Source: a bacterium
GTDB lineage: Bacteria > Patescibacteriota > Minisyncoccia > JBBINA01
Length of the DNA stretch: 63,698 nt
Reading direction: 5' to 3'
NCBI GenBank assembly: GCA_037444125.1
Contig: JBBINA010000005.1
Span: 1-63,698 of the forward strand
Shown here: positions 28,378-37,689 of the stretch, in pieces
Numbering within the stretch: the stretch's first letter is position 1
Layout: each line of letters starts with the position of its first letter
The notes under the pieces: model-generated
What the model saw: only the letters and a program-made list of their open reading frames with translations
Database searches by the model: none
What the model was told of the DNA's origin: nothing
Program-made: the position numbers and the translations under genes

Positions 28378-28964
28378 TGTTAAAAATTGATTTAAAAAAA
28401 ATAAAAGAATTGAGGGAGATGACTGAGGTGAGCATAGGAGAATGCCGGAAGGCGCTTGAAGAAGCAAATGGCGATCTTAACAAGGCTATCGCAATCCTCA
28501 AAACACGAAGCGCCCAAATATCTGAAAAAAAGTCTTCACGTACAACCAAAAGCGGTTATATTGGTTCTTATGTCCATACAAATGGTAGAGTTGCTTCTTT
28601 GGTAGTTTTAAACTGTGAAACTGATTTTGTCGCTAAAAATGAAGATTTCAGAAAGTTAGCCTATGAATTGGCTGTACAGGTTGCTGGTTATAACCCGCTT
28701 TTTATTGACAGCGAATCTTTAGATGCAAAACAAATAAAAGAACTAGAGAAAAAGTTTGCTAGTGATATTGATTCTAAAAAGCCAGCCGCTATTAGGCAAA
28801 AAATTATTGAAGGAAAACTTAAGAAATATTTCGAGGAGAATTCCTTAATGGAAGAACCTTATTTTCGAGACGAATCAATCAGGATAAAAGACCTTATTAA
28901 TCAGTACATTCAGAAGTTAGGAGAGAATATAAAAATATCAAAATTCGTGCGAATTGAAATCTAA
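28377..28964 (+). CDS. tsf: Elongation factor Ts (short form)
   Basis: IKELREMT....ECRKAL, LNCETDFVAK and IGENI-like KLGENIKISKFVRIEI; TGATG overlap with rpsB. Confidence 0.95.
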   Translation: MLKIDLKKIKELREMTEVSIGECRKALEEANGDLNKAIAILKTRSAQISEKKSSRTTKSGYIGSYVHTNGRVASLVVLNCETDFVAKNEDFRKLAYELAVQVAGYNPLFIDSESLDAKQIKELEKKFASDIDSKKPAAIRQKIIEGKLKKYFEENSLMEEPYFRDESIRIKDLINQYIQKLGENIKISKFVRIEI

Positions 28965-28970
28965 CGGGTT

Positions 28971-29705
28971 TTGATGATTGAGATTTATATTACATTAGCG
29001 CTTTTGGCAGCTTCATTAATAGCGATTTTTTATTTTCATTATATTTCCTCCGACAAAAAAATTAGCTTTAAATTGCTGAAGTTTTCATCTTTGGCAGCCA
29101 TTCGTAAATTTAAGTTAGGATTGGTATTAGTTTTACAGAGAACCTTTGAGGGTTCAAAATTTTTTATTCAGAAAGTAATGATAAAGCTTCCACTGATGCT
29201 TAATAAAGTTAAAAATTTTTTTAGTGGCGTCAAATTAATCAAAGTATACATATCTAAAATGAAGTTGCCAAAAATTAGCCTACCTACGATTCGTTTGCCT
29301 AAAATTACCTTGCCGAAACTGAATTTATCTTTTCCCAAACCAAAAAGGCGCGAAACAAGCGATTTTTTAAAAAGACTGCTGGATTTTAAAGAGAAAAGCA
29401 GCCTTGAGGTTAGTTCTGGCGAGACAGAAGGGAAACTATCTGAATTAAAGACAGAAAAAAAGGCAAGTAAAGAACCGGAAGAAATGTCTGAAGAAAGTTT
29501 TAGGCAGGTTGAGAAACAATGGATTGAGGCTATCATTAAAGATTCAAAAGATATTGTAGCCTATAAGAAACTAGCCAAACTTTATTATCTGCATAAAGAT
29601 TATAGTTATTGCCAGGAGATATTAGATACCTTAAGAAAAATGGGATCAAAAGATCCTTTTATTGATAAGTATCAGAAAAAATTAGCGACAAAGTTGAAAT
29701 CCTAA
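28971..29705 (+). CDS. Membrane-anchored hypothetical protein with a C-terminal TPR-like helix pair
   Basis: N-terminal TM helix, then EKQWIEAIIKDSKDIVAYKKLAKLY. Confidence 0.65.
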   Translation: MMIEIYITLALLAASLIAIFYFHYISSDKKISFKLLKFSSLAAIRKFKLGLVLVLQRTFEGSKFFIQKVMIKLPLMLNKVKNFFSGVKLIKVYISKMKLPKISLPTIRLPKITLPKLNLSFPKPKRRETSDFLKRLLDFKEKSSLEVSSGETEGKLSELKTEKKASKEPEEMSEESFRQVEKQWIEAIIKDSKDIVAYKKLAKLYYLHKDYSYCQEILDTLRKMGSKDPFIDKYQKKLATKLKS

Positions 29706-29720
29706 AACTCTTTTTGTTTT

Positions 29721-29793
29721 GCCTGGATAGCTCAATTGGTAGAGCAGCGGTTTTGTAAACCGCAGGTCGTGGGTTCGAGCCCCACTCCAGGCT
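29721..29793 (+). tRNA. tRNA-Thr(TGT), CCA not encoded
   Basis: GCCTGGA/TCCAGGC acceptor stem, GCGGT-TTTGTAA-ACCGC anticodon arm. Confidence 0.95.
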
Positions 29794-29843
29794 CATTATA
29801 ATTAGGAGCTGAATTTTTTTTACCTTTTGCTTTATAAAATTTT

Positions 29844-29866
29844 AAAAGACCCGAGTCATCGGGTCT
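29844..29866 (-). terminator. Intrinsic terminator-like hairpin
   Basis: AGACCCGA-gtca-TCGGGTCT perfect stem with a U-tract on the minus strand. Confidence 0.55.
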
Positions 29867-29935
29867 CAGCTGTATTAGCTCTATTAGTAGTTTCTGGAAA
29901 GGCTAATCATTATTTATTATTTGAGCGATGCAGGT

Positions 29936-30397
29936 TTATATATAGATATAGAGCATTAATGAACGGTTTAACATTTGTAGGTTTTCTTTATTTTTAATTT
30001 CGGTTTTTTTTTCGACGCACCTGATGATATACTTTAACATCACGGCCAAAATTTCGAAAATTTCCTTTACACTTGAAACCCTTTTTATCAGATGTTGAAT
30101 TTTTGGCATAATTTCTTTTATCGTGGCAATAAAAAGATTTATATATGCAAAGTTTTCTTCTGTAGGAATATTTTTGGGAAATGGAAACAAACAAGAAAAA
30201 GAATTCCAAGTTTCTTTAGAGGTATTAATACTTCTTCTAATTGCGACTTTTGAGTAGAGTCTAGAATACCCTTTTCACTAATTCGAGAACTTTAATTATA
30301 CTTTTTAAAGTTTTGTCTAATTTTTGCCATTTTAGATTTCTCGTTAGCCTGACATCCGGTGTGAAACACACTTTTGATATTATAGAGACCTCCTTTT
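29936..30397 (-). pseudogene. Fragmented gene remnant between tRNA-Thr and tRNA-Gln
   Basis: Strong RBS AAAGGAGGT (30388-30397) followed by ATA rather than ATG, then several staggered short frames including 29936-30190. Confidence 0.35.
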
Positions 30398-30597
30398 GAT
30401 TTGATTAGATTACATTTATAACAAACTATTTTATAAAGTGCAAAAAAAATGTTTTTTTTGATAAACTCGCTAAATTTATAAGGCTAAGGTTAATAAATTT
30501 ATAATATCGTAATTTTGCCAAGCTTGAATTTAAATATAATTTTGAGAGGTTTAGTTTTCTTGATAAAGTAATTAAATTCCGTTAGAATATATTTGTT

Positions 30598-30671
30598 TGC
30601 GGGGTCGTCTAATGGCAGGACAGCAGCCTTTGGAGCTGCATATGAAGGTTCGAATCCTTCCCCCGCAGCCA
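30598..30671 (+). tRNA. tRNA-Gln(TTG), CCA encoded
   Basis: TGCGGGG/CCCCGCA acceptor stem, GCAGC-CTTTGGA-GCTGC anticodon arm, G73-CCA end. Confidence 0.95.
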
Positions 30672-30723
30672 GTTTGTAAAGTTTAGGTTTCTGTTAAAGA
30701 GATAATGGACCTTTTGTTATATT

Positions 30724-33462
30724 TTACGAAGACATTTTTTTGAGCATATCTAGAAAAGTTTTGTTTTGTTTGTAAGTGTTTTTTAATAATTTTAGTTTTT
30801 CTTTTTCTGATTTGACTAATTGTTTTGGAGCTTTTTTTATAAATTCTTTGTTTGAAATTAATGCTTTTTTTGTTTTGATTTGATTTTCTAAGTTTAATAG
30901 TTCATTTTTTAGTCTTGTCTTTTCTTTTTGAAAATCAATTGCGCCTTCAAGGTTATAGTAAAGAGTTATATTATCTATTTTTTTTGTGATAGTTTTGTAT
31001 TTTGAAGACGGTTTTTTGAAAATAATCTTGTCATTTATAAAAGATTTGATTATATGTTTGTTTATTTTCAAAATATTATTTTTTTCTACAATAAAAAGCT
31101 TGACTGGTGTGCGGATTGAATAGATGTTGTGTATATTTCTGGTAAATTGGACTACTTTTTGTATTTTTTGAAAATTTTTTGTCCAGTCATCTTTAATTAA
31201 TTTTTTTCTTACTGGCGGCGGATTTTTAATTAATAATAAATCATTTTCATCTTTTATGCCGGCAATGTTTTTCATTTCGCTGTATAAAGCTTCGGTTAAA
31301 AAAGGCATAAAGGGATGCGTCCAAATTAAAAATTCATAAAATATTTGAGTTCCAATTTGGATTCTTAATGGTTTTAAGTCATCGTCTATTTTCATTATTT
31401 CCACATACCAGTCGGCAAAATTAGACCAAATAAAATTGTTAATTTTGTCAAAAGCGACGCCAAAGGAAAAATTAGCTAAATGTTTTTGAAGATCTAATTT
31501 TAATTTTTCAAATTCGGATAAAATCCAATGGCTGGCTAAATCAAAATTATTATTTTGCTGTTTTAAGTAATCTGTTTTATTGAAAACTATATTTTTTATA
31601 ATTTGGTTTGCATAGGGATTACTTAATATAAAACGGCCTATATTCCAAATTTTGTTGATCAGGTTTCTTGTGCCGATAATTTTTTGTTCAGAAATATGTG
31701 AGTCGCCGCCTGGAGCGGTTTTTGAAATCAAACCAATCCGTAGGGCATCAGCGCCATATTTTTTTACCATTGACAAAGGGTCAACCACATTGCCTTTTGA
31801 TTTGGACATTTTTTCGCCTTTTTCATCTCTAATCAAGCCGTGTAGATATACATATTTAAAAGGTACTTTAGAAGTAGCATAAATTCCGAGCATCATCATT
31901 CGGGCGACCCAAAAAAACAAAATATCATAGCCTGTTTCCATTACTGTTGTCGGGTAAAAACTTTGAAAGTCAGGAGCGTTATCTATCCAACCTAAAGTGT
32001 TGAATGGCCATTGCCCGGACGAGAACCATGTATCGAGTGTGTCGGGATCTTGAATTATATTATTTTTGTCGCCGCAAAAAGGACAAATTTTTGGTTTATC
32101 AATACTGACAAATAATTTTCCGCAGCCTCGAGTTTCTTTTATTTTGTTCATTAATTTTTGAAGCTTTGATAGTTGTGCGCTGCCGCAGTAATAAACGGGG
32201 ATTTGCTGTCCCCACCAAAGTTGCCTGGAAATACACCAGTCTTGAATATTTTTTAACCATTGAAACATTATTTTATTGAATCTTTTGGGAATAATTTTAG
32301 TTTGTTTATTTTTTAAAGCTTGAATTGCTTTTTTGGCAAGTGGTTGCATTTTAATAAACCATTGCTTTGAAATCATTGGTTCTATAATTTCATTACAGCG
32401 TTCACAGTGGGCAATGTTGTTATTGTATTCTTCTGTTTTAATAAGTAAATTTTGGTTACGTAATGTTTCGATAATTTTTTGACGCGCTTCGTCTTTTTTT
32501 AATCGGGCAAATTGTTTGCCTTTAGCAGAAATAACTCCTTCGAAATTTATAATTTGGACTAATGGTAGGTTGTGTTTTTTAGCGATTTGGTAGTCAACTG
32601 GATCATGGCTTGGTGTTACTTTAACTGCGCCCGTTCCAAAATCTTTTTTGACCAACTCGTCGGTGATGATTGGAATTTCACGATTCACGAGAGGTAAAAT
32701 AACGGTTTTGCCAATCATTTTTTTGTATCTTCTATCTTTTGGATTTACAGCTATGGCAGTATCACCTAACATTGTTTCTGGTCTGGTGGTGGCAACAGAA
32801 ATAAAAGATTTTAAGTCGTCTTTTAAAGGATACCTAATGTAATAGAGTTTGCTTTTTTCTTTTTTATATTTTATTTCGAGGTCTGACAGTACTGTCTGGC
32901 AGCGTGAGCACCAGTTGACCATTCGATTTTCACGGTAAATTAAACCGTCGTCATAAAGTTTTTTAAAAATCGTGTAAACAGGTTTTAAAAATTTAGGGTC
33001 AAGTGTGAAGGAGTTTCTTGACCAGTCGCAGCTGGCGCCTAAAATTTTTAATTGCTGTTCGATGTTTTTTTTGTTTTCAAGAGTAAAAATCATACATTGT
33101 TTCAAAAATTCATCTCGTCCTAAATCAAATCGCGTTAACCCTTGTTGAGCTAGCTTTTTCTCGAAAGCGACTTGCGTGGCGATGCCAGCATGGTCTGTGC
33201 CGGGAAGCCATAAAGTTATAAAACCTTTTAGTCTTGCCCACCTAGTCATTATGTCCTCCAAAAAAACAAAAATAGCATGCCCCATATGCAAAGATGCGTT
33301 AGCATTGGGCGGTGGCATAATAATACTGAAATGTTTTAAATTTTTAATTTTCAATTTTAAATTGGAAATACAATCCGGATTGAAGTAACCGGCTTTTTCC
33401 CAGAGCGAATATATATATTGTTCATATTTTTCTTGCTGATAATTTTTTTCTAGCAAGACCAT
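30724..33462 (-). CDS. valS: Valyl-tRNA synthetase
   Basis: PPPNANASLHMGH, GTDHAGIATQ, DWCISRQLWWG, DTWFSS and KMSKSKGN; C-terminal coiled coil. Confidence 0.97.
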   Translation of the reverse strand: MVLLEKNYQQEKYEQYIYSLWEKAGYFNPDCISNLKLKIKNLKHFSIIMPPPNANASLHMGHAIFVFLEDIMTRWARLKGFITLWLPGTDHAGIATQVAFEKKLAQQGLTRFDLGRDEFLKQCMIFTLENKKNIEQQLKILGASCDWSRNSFTLDPKFLKPVYTIFKKLYDDGLIYRENRMVNWCSRCQTVLSDLEIKYKKEKSKLYYIRYPLKDDLKSFISVATTRPETMLGDTAIAVNPKDRRYKKMIGKTVILPLVNREIPIITDELVKKDFGTGAVKVTPSHDPVDYQIAKKHNLPLVQIINFEGVISAKGKQFARLKKDEARQKIIETLRNQNLLIKTEEYNNNIAHCERCNEIIEPMISKQWFIKMQPLAKKAIQALKNKQTKIIPKRFNKIMFQWLKNIQDWCISRQLWWGQQIPVYYCGSAQLSKLQKLMNKIKETRGCGKLFVSIDKPKICPFCGDKNNIIQDPDTLDTWFSSGQWPFNTLGWIDNAPDFQSFYPTTVMETGYDILFFWVARMMMLGIYATSKVPFKYVYLHGLIRDEKGEKMSKSKGNVVDPLSMVKKYGADALRIGLISKTAPGGDSHISEQKIIGTRNLINKIWNIGRFILSNPYANQIIKNIVFNKTDYLKQQNNNFDLASHWILSEFEKLKLDLQKHLANFSFGVAFDKINNFIWSNFADWYVEIMKIDDDLKPLRIQIGTQIFYEFLIWTHPFMPFLTEALYSEMKNIAGIKDENDLLLIKNPPPVRKKLIKDDWTKNFQKIQKVVQFTRNIHNIYSIRTPVKLFIVEKNNILKINKHIIKSFINDKIIFKKPSSKYKTITKKIDNITLYYNLEGAIDFQKEKTRLKNELLNLENQIKTKKALISNKEFIKKAPKQLVKSEKEKLKLLKNTYKQNKTFLDMLKKMSS

Positions 33463-33589
33463 AGATAAAATTTTTAAATATCTCTTAAGATAAGTTATTT
33501 ACGCTAGCCTATATTATATGAATGGTTCAGATTAAATACAAGACACTAGTTGAATTTTGATAATTTTAAATAAAACAAAGCAAAAAAAA

Positions 33590-34201
33590 TTAAGCAAAAT
33601 AGTTTAGGTCTTTTAATTTTAAGATTAAATTGTTAACCGCTTGGTGTCGATGGTTACATTTTAGATGTTCATTTTTGTTTAAATCCTGATATAGTTTGTT
33701 AAATTTGTCCACTATGAATAAGCAGCGGAAGGGGTAGCCGGGAGTTTTTAAAGGAGAGGCATTTAGGGCTATATGTCCTTGAATAGAAGCTTCAGAAAAT
33801 ATTTTTATGTTTTTATCTTTGTCTAAAAAGCAAATTACTACTCGTAACTTGCAAGTGCGTTTTTCAAAAGGCACGTTTTTTAATTTTGTTAAAGTGTAAT
33901 TAATAAGTTCTTCATCGTTTACCTCATAACCTGGCCATCGTCTTGATTTTGCCCCGGGCTCGCCATTTAAAAAATCAATTTCTATGCCGCCATCATCAGC
34001 CAAAACCGGCATATCAACTTTATCAATATAAAAACTTGCTTTAACAAAAGCATTGTCAAAAAAATTTTGACCATTTTCTTTTGGTTCTGTTTTGAAATCG
34101 AAATCTTTGGGAGACAAGATTTTGTCAAAAAAATTTTTGAGCAAAGTTTGATATTCGGCTAATTTACCTTGATTATTGGTGGCAATAAAAAGATATTTCA
34201 T
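33590..34201 (-). CDS. rdgB: Non-canonical purine NTP pyrophosphatase (Ham1/RdgB)
   Basis: ATNNQGK, E.G..F.DNA..KA, ADDGG, GEPG..S.RW and NHR motifs. Confidence 0.88.
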   Translation of the reverse strand: MKYLFIATNNQGKLAEYQTLLKNFFDKILSPKDFDFKTEPKENGQNFFDNAFVKASFYIDKVDMPVLADDGGIEIDFLNGEPGAKSRRWPGYEVNDEELINYTLTKLKNVPFEKRTCKLRVVICFLDKDKNIKIFSEASIQGHIALNASPLKTPGYPFRCLFIVDKFNKLYQDLNKNEHLKCNHRHQAVNNLILKLKDLNYFA

Positions 34202-35097
34202 TAAAAAAAATTACGTCGTTTAAAAATGTAAAACATAAATATAGCCACGATTAGCATTATATTAATAACAATCAAAAAATCGCCCGGCGCGCCGATAAAA
34301 GGCATTGATTTTGTTCGCATTGAAAAAATAGCCGCAATAAGCGTTAGTGGGAAAGTAAAAACAGCTATAATGGTCAAAATTTTTATTATCTCATTTGTTT
34401 TAATAGTTAAAATATTTTGCGCCGACATTTCTGCCGAATCAATTATTTCTTTATAATTTTTGATGTAAATAACCACTTCGTCAAATAGGGTTTTTAAGTG
34501 GTCGAAAAACGGCGCTTTAGTTGAATCATAAAAAACCTTTACTTTATTAATAAATTTCTCAAAAGTTATTTTTTGCGGTTCAATGATTTTTATAAAATCT
34601 AGAACATCGCGTTTGATAAGCGATATGTATTTAATTGTTTGAGTAGTTGGATTAGTTAGTTGATCGTTTATATTATCTATGTCAGCCTTAATATGAGTTA
34701 ATTCTCGTTGTAAAAACTCCAGATTAATTTTGATTAAATTATATAAAAATTCAGGTAAATTTATTTCAGAAAAATATTGCTCAAAACTCTTATTCAAAAA
34801 TTCTTCAATTGGTTCAAGTTTATCGTAAGATATTGTAAGCAGTCTGTTTTTATTAATAATAAAATCTATTTCTTGCGGGTAAACTGTTTTTTTTATTTCG
34901 CTATATATAGGTATTTCTAATACTATATATAGGTAGTCATTGTATTCTTCAAATTTTGCACGTGAGGACGGGGATTCAAGTTCGCGCAAATGAGCTTGAT
35001 GGATGTCAAAATGTTTTTTAATAAACTGAAAGTCTTCTAAATGAGGCTTAACAATATAAAACCATGTAAAAGTTTTGAATCCGAAGACTTGGCGCAT
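34201..35097 (-). CDS. corA: CorA-family Mg2+ transporter
   Basis: RAKFEEYNDYLY, NEIIKILTI, then two C-terminal TM helices. The GMN signature appears as SMR. Confidence 0.8.
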   Translation of the reverse strand: MRQVFGFKTFTWFYIVKPHLEDFQFIKKHFDIHQAHLRELESPSSRAKFEEYNDYLYIVLEIPIYSEIKKTVYPQEIDFIINKNRLLTISYDKLEPIEEFLNKSFEQYFSEINLPEFLYNLIKINLEFLQRELTHIKADIDNINDQLTNPTTQTIKYISLIKRDVLDFIKIIEPQKITFEKFINKVKVFYDSTKAPFFDHLKTLFDEVVIYIKNYKEIIDSAEMSAQNILTIKTNEIIKILTIIAVFTFPLTLIAAIFSMRTKSMPFIGAPGDFLIVINIMLIVAIFMFYIFKRRNFF

Positions 35098-35170
35098 AGA
35101 TTTTTATTATTAAAGCAATAATCTCTCGTTGAAATAAATAAAAATTTTGGTTTCTGAAAATCTAAAAACT

Positions 35171-35214
35171 GACTAACAAACTGACTGACATTGACTAACA
35201 AACTGACTGACATT
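35171..35214. repeat. Perfect tandem duplication of 22 bp
   Basis: GACTAACAAACTGACTGACATT at 35171-35192 and again at 35193-35214. Confidence 0.9.
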
Positions 35215-35247
35215 AAGTGAAGTTTATGTTTTATTTTCAAAAAATTA

Positions 35248-35276
35248 TTGACAATATTTTAGTAGTTTGCTATGAT
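35248..35276 (+). promoter_or_regulatory. Near-consensus sigma70 promoter upstream of the S8 protease cluster
   Basis: TTGACA-17 bp-TATGAT with an extended -10 TG. Confidence 0.75.
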
Positions 35277-35293
35277 GGTAAAGATCAAAAACG

Positions 35294-35462
35294 CTCTCTT
35301 AAGCTCCTTGAAGAGTTTTCTCAAATTTAAAGCCTAAATTTGAAAACTGGGCACAGGAAACTTAGAGAGTATTTTAAATTTCTTTGAATCTGCTCGTGGA
35401 GCAACCTGCGAATTTTAGGGAGACCCTCCTACCTGGAATTTTGTAGAGTGGCTCGCGGGCAG
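35294..35462 (+). ncRNA. Candidate structured RNA or leader (two long hairpins)
   Basis: Hairpin 1 at 35294-35369 and hairpin 2 at 35390-35462 begin just after the predicted transcription start. No match by eye to riboswitch consensus sequences I know. Confidence 0.4.
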
Positions 35463-35529
35463 TTTCGAGGGAGTATAATAATTAATGATTATACTCAGCC
35501 AATTTTAAAAAACTAGATATCTGATAATA

Positions 35530-37359
35530 ATGAAAAAAATATTGAAAATTATTTTAGTTGCCGTTTTAGTTTTAGGGATTTCGAGAATTTTAAAAGCCAG
35601 CACTATTTTTAATTTTGATATTGAACAAATATCAGAGTTTGAAAATAGAGATTTGGTTAATGAAATAAAAAATAATGTTAACAACTTTCAGATTTATCGA
35701 GATGACAGGTTAATTGTCAAACTAAAAAACGAACATAATTTTCGTACTTTATCACTTTCACAAGGCATAAAAGTTTCAGAGGCTATTAATTCCTTGAGGC
35801 AAAATCCGGAGATTGAGTATGTTGAGCCGGATTATTATGCTTATGCTCAGTTCATACCTAACGATCCATATTATAAATATCAGTGGAACTTTAATAATAA
35901 TGTTTATGGCGGAATAAATCTTGAGTCAGCTTGGGATTTGGCTCAGGGACAAAGCGTTGTTATCGCTGTAATTGACACGGGTGTAGCTTATGAAAATTAC
36001 AATAGTTTTCGGCAGGCTCCTGATTTGGTTAATACCCAATTTGTTGCCGGTTACGATTTTATTGAAAACGATTTTCATCCAAATGATGACAATGGCCATG
36101 GCACTCATGTCGTTGGAACTATTGCCCAGTCAACTAATAATAAACTTGGCGTAGCCGGAGTTGCTTATATGGCTAAAATAATGCCTATAAAAGCTTTAGA
36201 CAGAAAAGGTATTGGTTCTTATTCAGCCATTGCTAACGCCATACGTTATGCCGCTGATAATGGTGCACATATTATTAATTTGTCTTTAGGTGGACCAAGC
36301 CATTCGCAGGCATTATTGGATGCTGTCAGGTATGCTTATAGTAAAGGAGTATTTATAGTGGCAGCCGCAGGAAATGATGGCAAGGAAGTTATGTCATATC
36401 CTGCCGCTTATGATGAGTATGTAATGTCTGTTGGAGCAACCCGTTTTGACGAAAGACTTTCTTATTATTCAAATTACGGTTCATCTTTAGATATAGTTGC
36501 GCCGGGAGGCGATCTTAAGGTGGACCAAAATAATGATGGTTATGGCGACGGAATTTTACAGCAGACAATAGCGTCAAATAATCCCAGAAAATTTGGTTAT
36601 TATTTTTATCAGGGGACCTCAATGGCTACGCCGCATGTCGCTGGTGTGGCAGGGTTAATCAGGTCATTAGGGATTTCATCGCCTCAGCAAATTAGGGATA
36701 TTCTAATAGGTAAAGCTAAAGATTTGGGCGAGCCTGGGTTTGACAAATATTATGGTTATGGCAGATTAGACGCTGCTGCCAGTATAAATGAAGTTTTAAG
36801 ATTAGTTAATATAACTACGCAAAATTCTCAGCCGAATTTACAGCTTGAAACAACTAACCAAACGAATTTCTTAGATTCTAATACTTCCGAGAATAGTGGT
36901 AAAAATTTTATCTCAAAGATTTCAATTACTGACATATATGTGTCAAATTTTGATGCAGGCCGTCGCGTTCGAGTAGGTTTTCGGCTAGAAAATGGCAATA
37001 GAGAAGCTGTAACTTTATTAGCCAAGGGGCAGATTTTAGATGAGGATAATAACTTAGTTTCTTGGGGAAATTTTGAGGATATGACCTTAATAATTTCAGG
37101 TAATCGTTCAAAAATAGCATGGTTTGAGAGACTATTTATACCAGAAAATATTGATACGCGTAATTATATTCTTGAAATAATTTTAGTTGATGAATCAGGA
37201 AATAGTGTCAAAACCTCTAAAGATCTTGCTTATCAGGGGACTCGTTTCAAAATTAAAAATTTTATTTCTGATTCCATTTTGACAAAATTTAATAAGCAAG
37301 TAAAAAATATATTGACAAATTCTGAAAGTGTAATAGAATTACTAAACAAAAAAATTTGA
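35530..37359 (+). CDS. Secreted S8 (subtilisin-family) serine protease with prodomain and C-terminal Ig-like domain
   Basis: Signal peptide; catalytic triad motifs VIDTG, HGTHV and GTSMATPHVAG; oxyanion AAAGN. Confidence 0.95.
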   Translation: MKKILKIILVAVLVLGISRILKASTIFNFDIEQISEFENRDLVNEIKNNVNNFQIYRDDRLIVKLKNEHNFRTLSLSQGIKVSEAINSLRQNPEIEYVEPDYYAYAQFIPNDPYYKYQWNFNNNVYGGINLESAWDLAQGQSVVIAVIDTGVAYENYNSFRQAPDLVNTQFVAGYDFIENDFHPNDDNGHGTHVVGTIAQSTNNKLGVAGVAYMAKIMPIKALDRKGIGSYSAIANAIRYAADNGAHIINLSLGGPSHSQALLDAVRYAYSKGVFIVAAAGNDGKEVMSYPAAYDEYVMSVGATRFDERLSYYSNYGSSLDIVAPGGDLKVDQNNDGYGDGILQQTIASNNPRKFGYYFYQGTSMATPHVAGVAGLIRSLGISSPQQIRDILIGKAKDLGEPGFDKYYGYGRLDAAASINEVLRLVNITTQNSQPNLQLETTNQTNFLDSNTSENSGKNFISKISITDIYVSNFDAGRRVRVGFRLENGNREAVTLLAKGQILDEDNNLVSWGNFEDMTLIISGNRSKIAWFERLFIPENIDTRNYILEIILVDESGNSVKTSKDLAYQGTRFKIKNFISDSILTKFNKQVKNILTNSESVIELLNKKI

Positions 37360-37516
37360 CAAAATTAACTCGCCTATACCTATATTGATAAGTTGATAAC
37401 GGAGGGTGGAGGGAACGGAGGGATAAAAAAGATGATAAAGTTAAGAAAGCTAACACAGTTCAACAATTTGCCAAATGTAAATAATGTAGCGAGGGGGCGA
37501 GTTTTAAATTTGGTTC

Positions 37517-37550
37517 AAACCTGCATTTTTTTAAAAAATGCAGGTTTTTA
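37517..37550 (+). terminator. Palindromic hairpin after the S8 gene
   Basis: AAACCTGCATTTTT...AAAAATGCAGGTTT followed by T residues. Confidence 0.6.
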
Positions 37551-37689
37551 AATTTTTAAAGTGTTTTTTAACATAATTAATATTAATATCTAAATATTAA
37601 GAAGGTCGGTCTGTCAGCGGCAGACATAAGAATGTGCAAAGTTCATATTTTATTCAGACGCACATTCAAATGAAAGGAGGTGAAAAAAA

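Noticed and set aside
28377-28964. Short EF-Ts as a novelty
   Set aside because: EF-Ts of about 200 aa is a known form in several bacterial lineages.
35171-35214. CRISPR array
   Set aside because: Only two adjacent copies, no spacer and no cas genes. No CRISPR array was seen anywhere in the window.
35294-35462. M-box (for corA), ydaO/c-di-AMP or SRP RNA identity for the structured region
   Set aside because: The conserved core motifs are not visible on either strand; left as unknown pending an Rfam scan.
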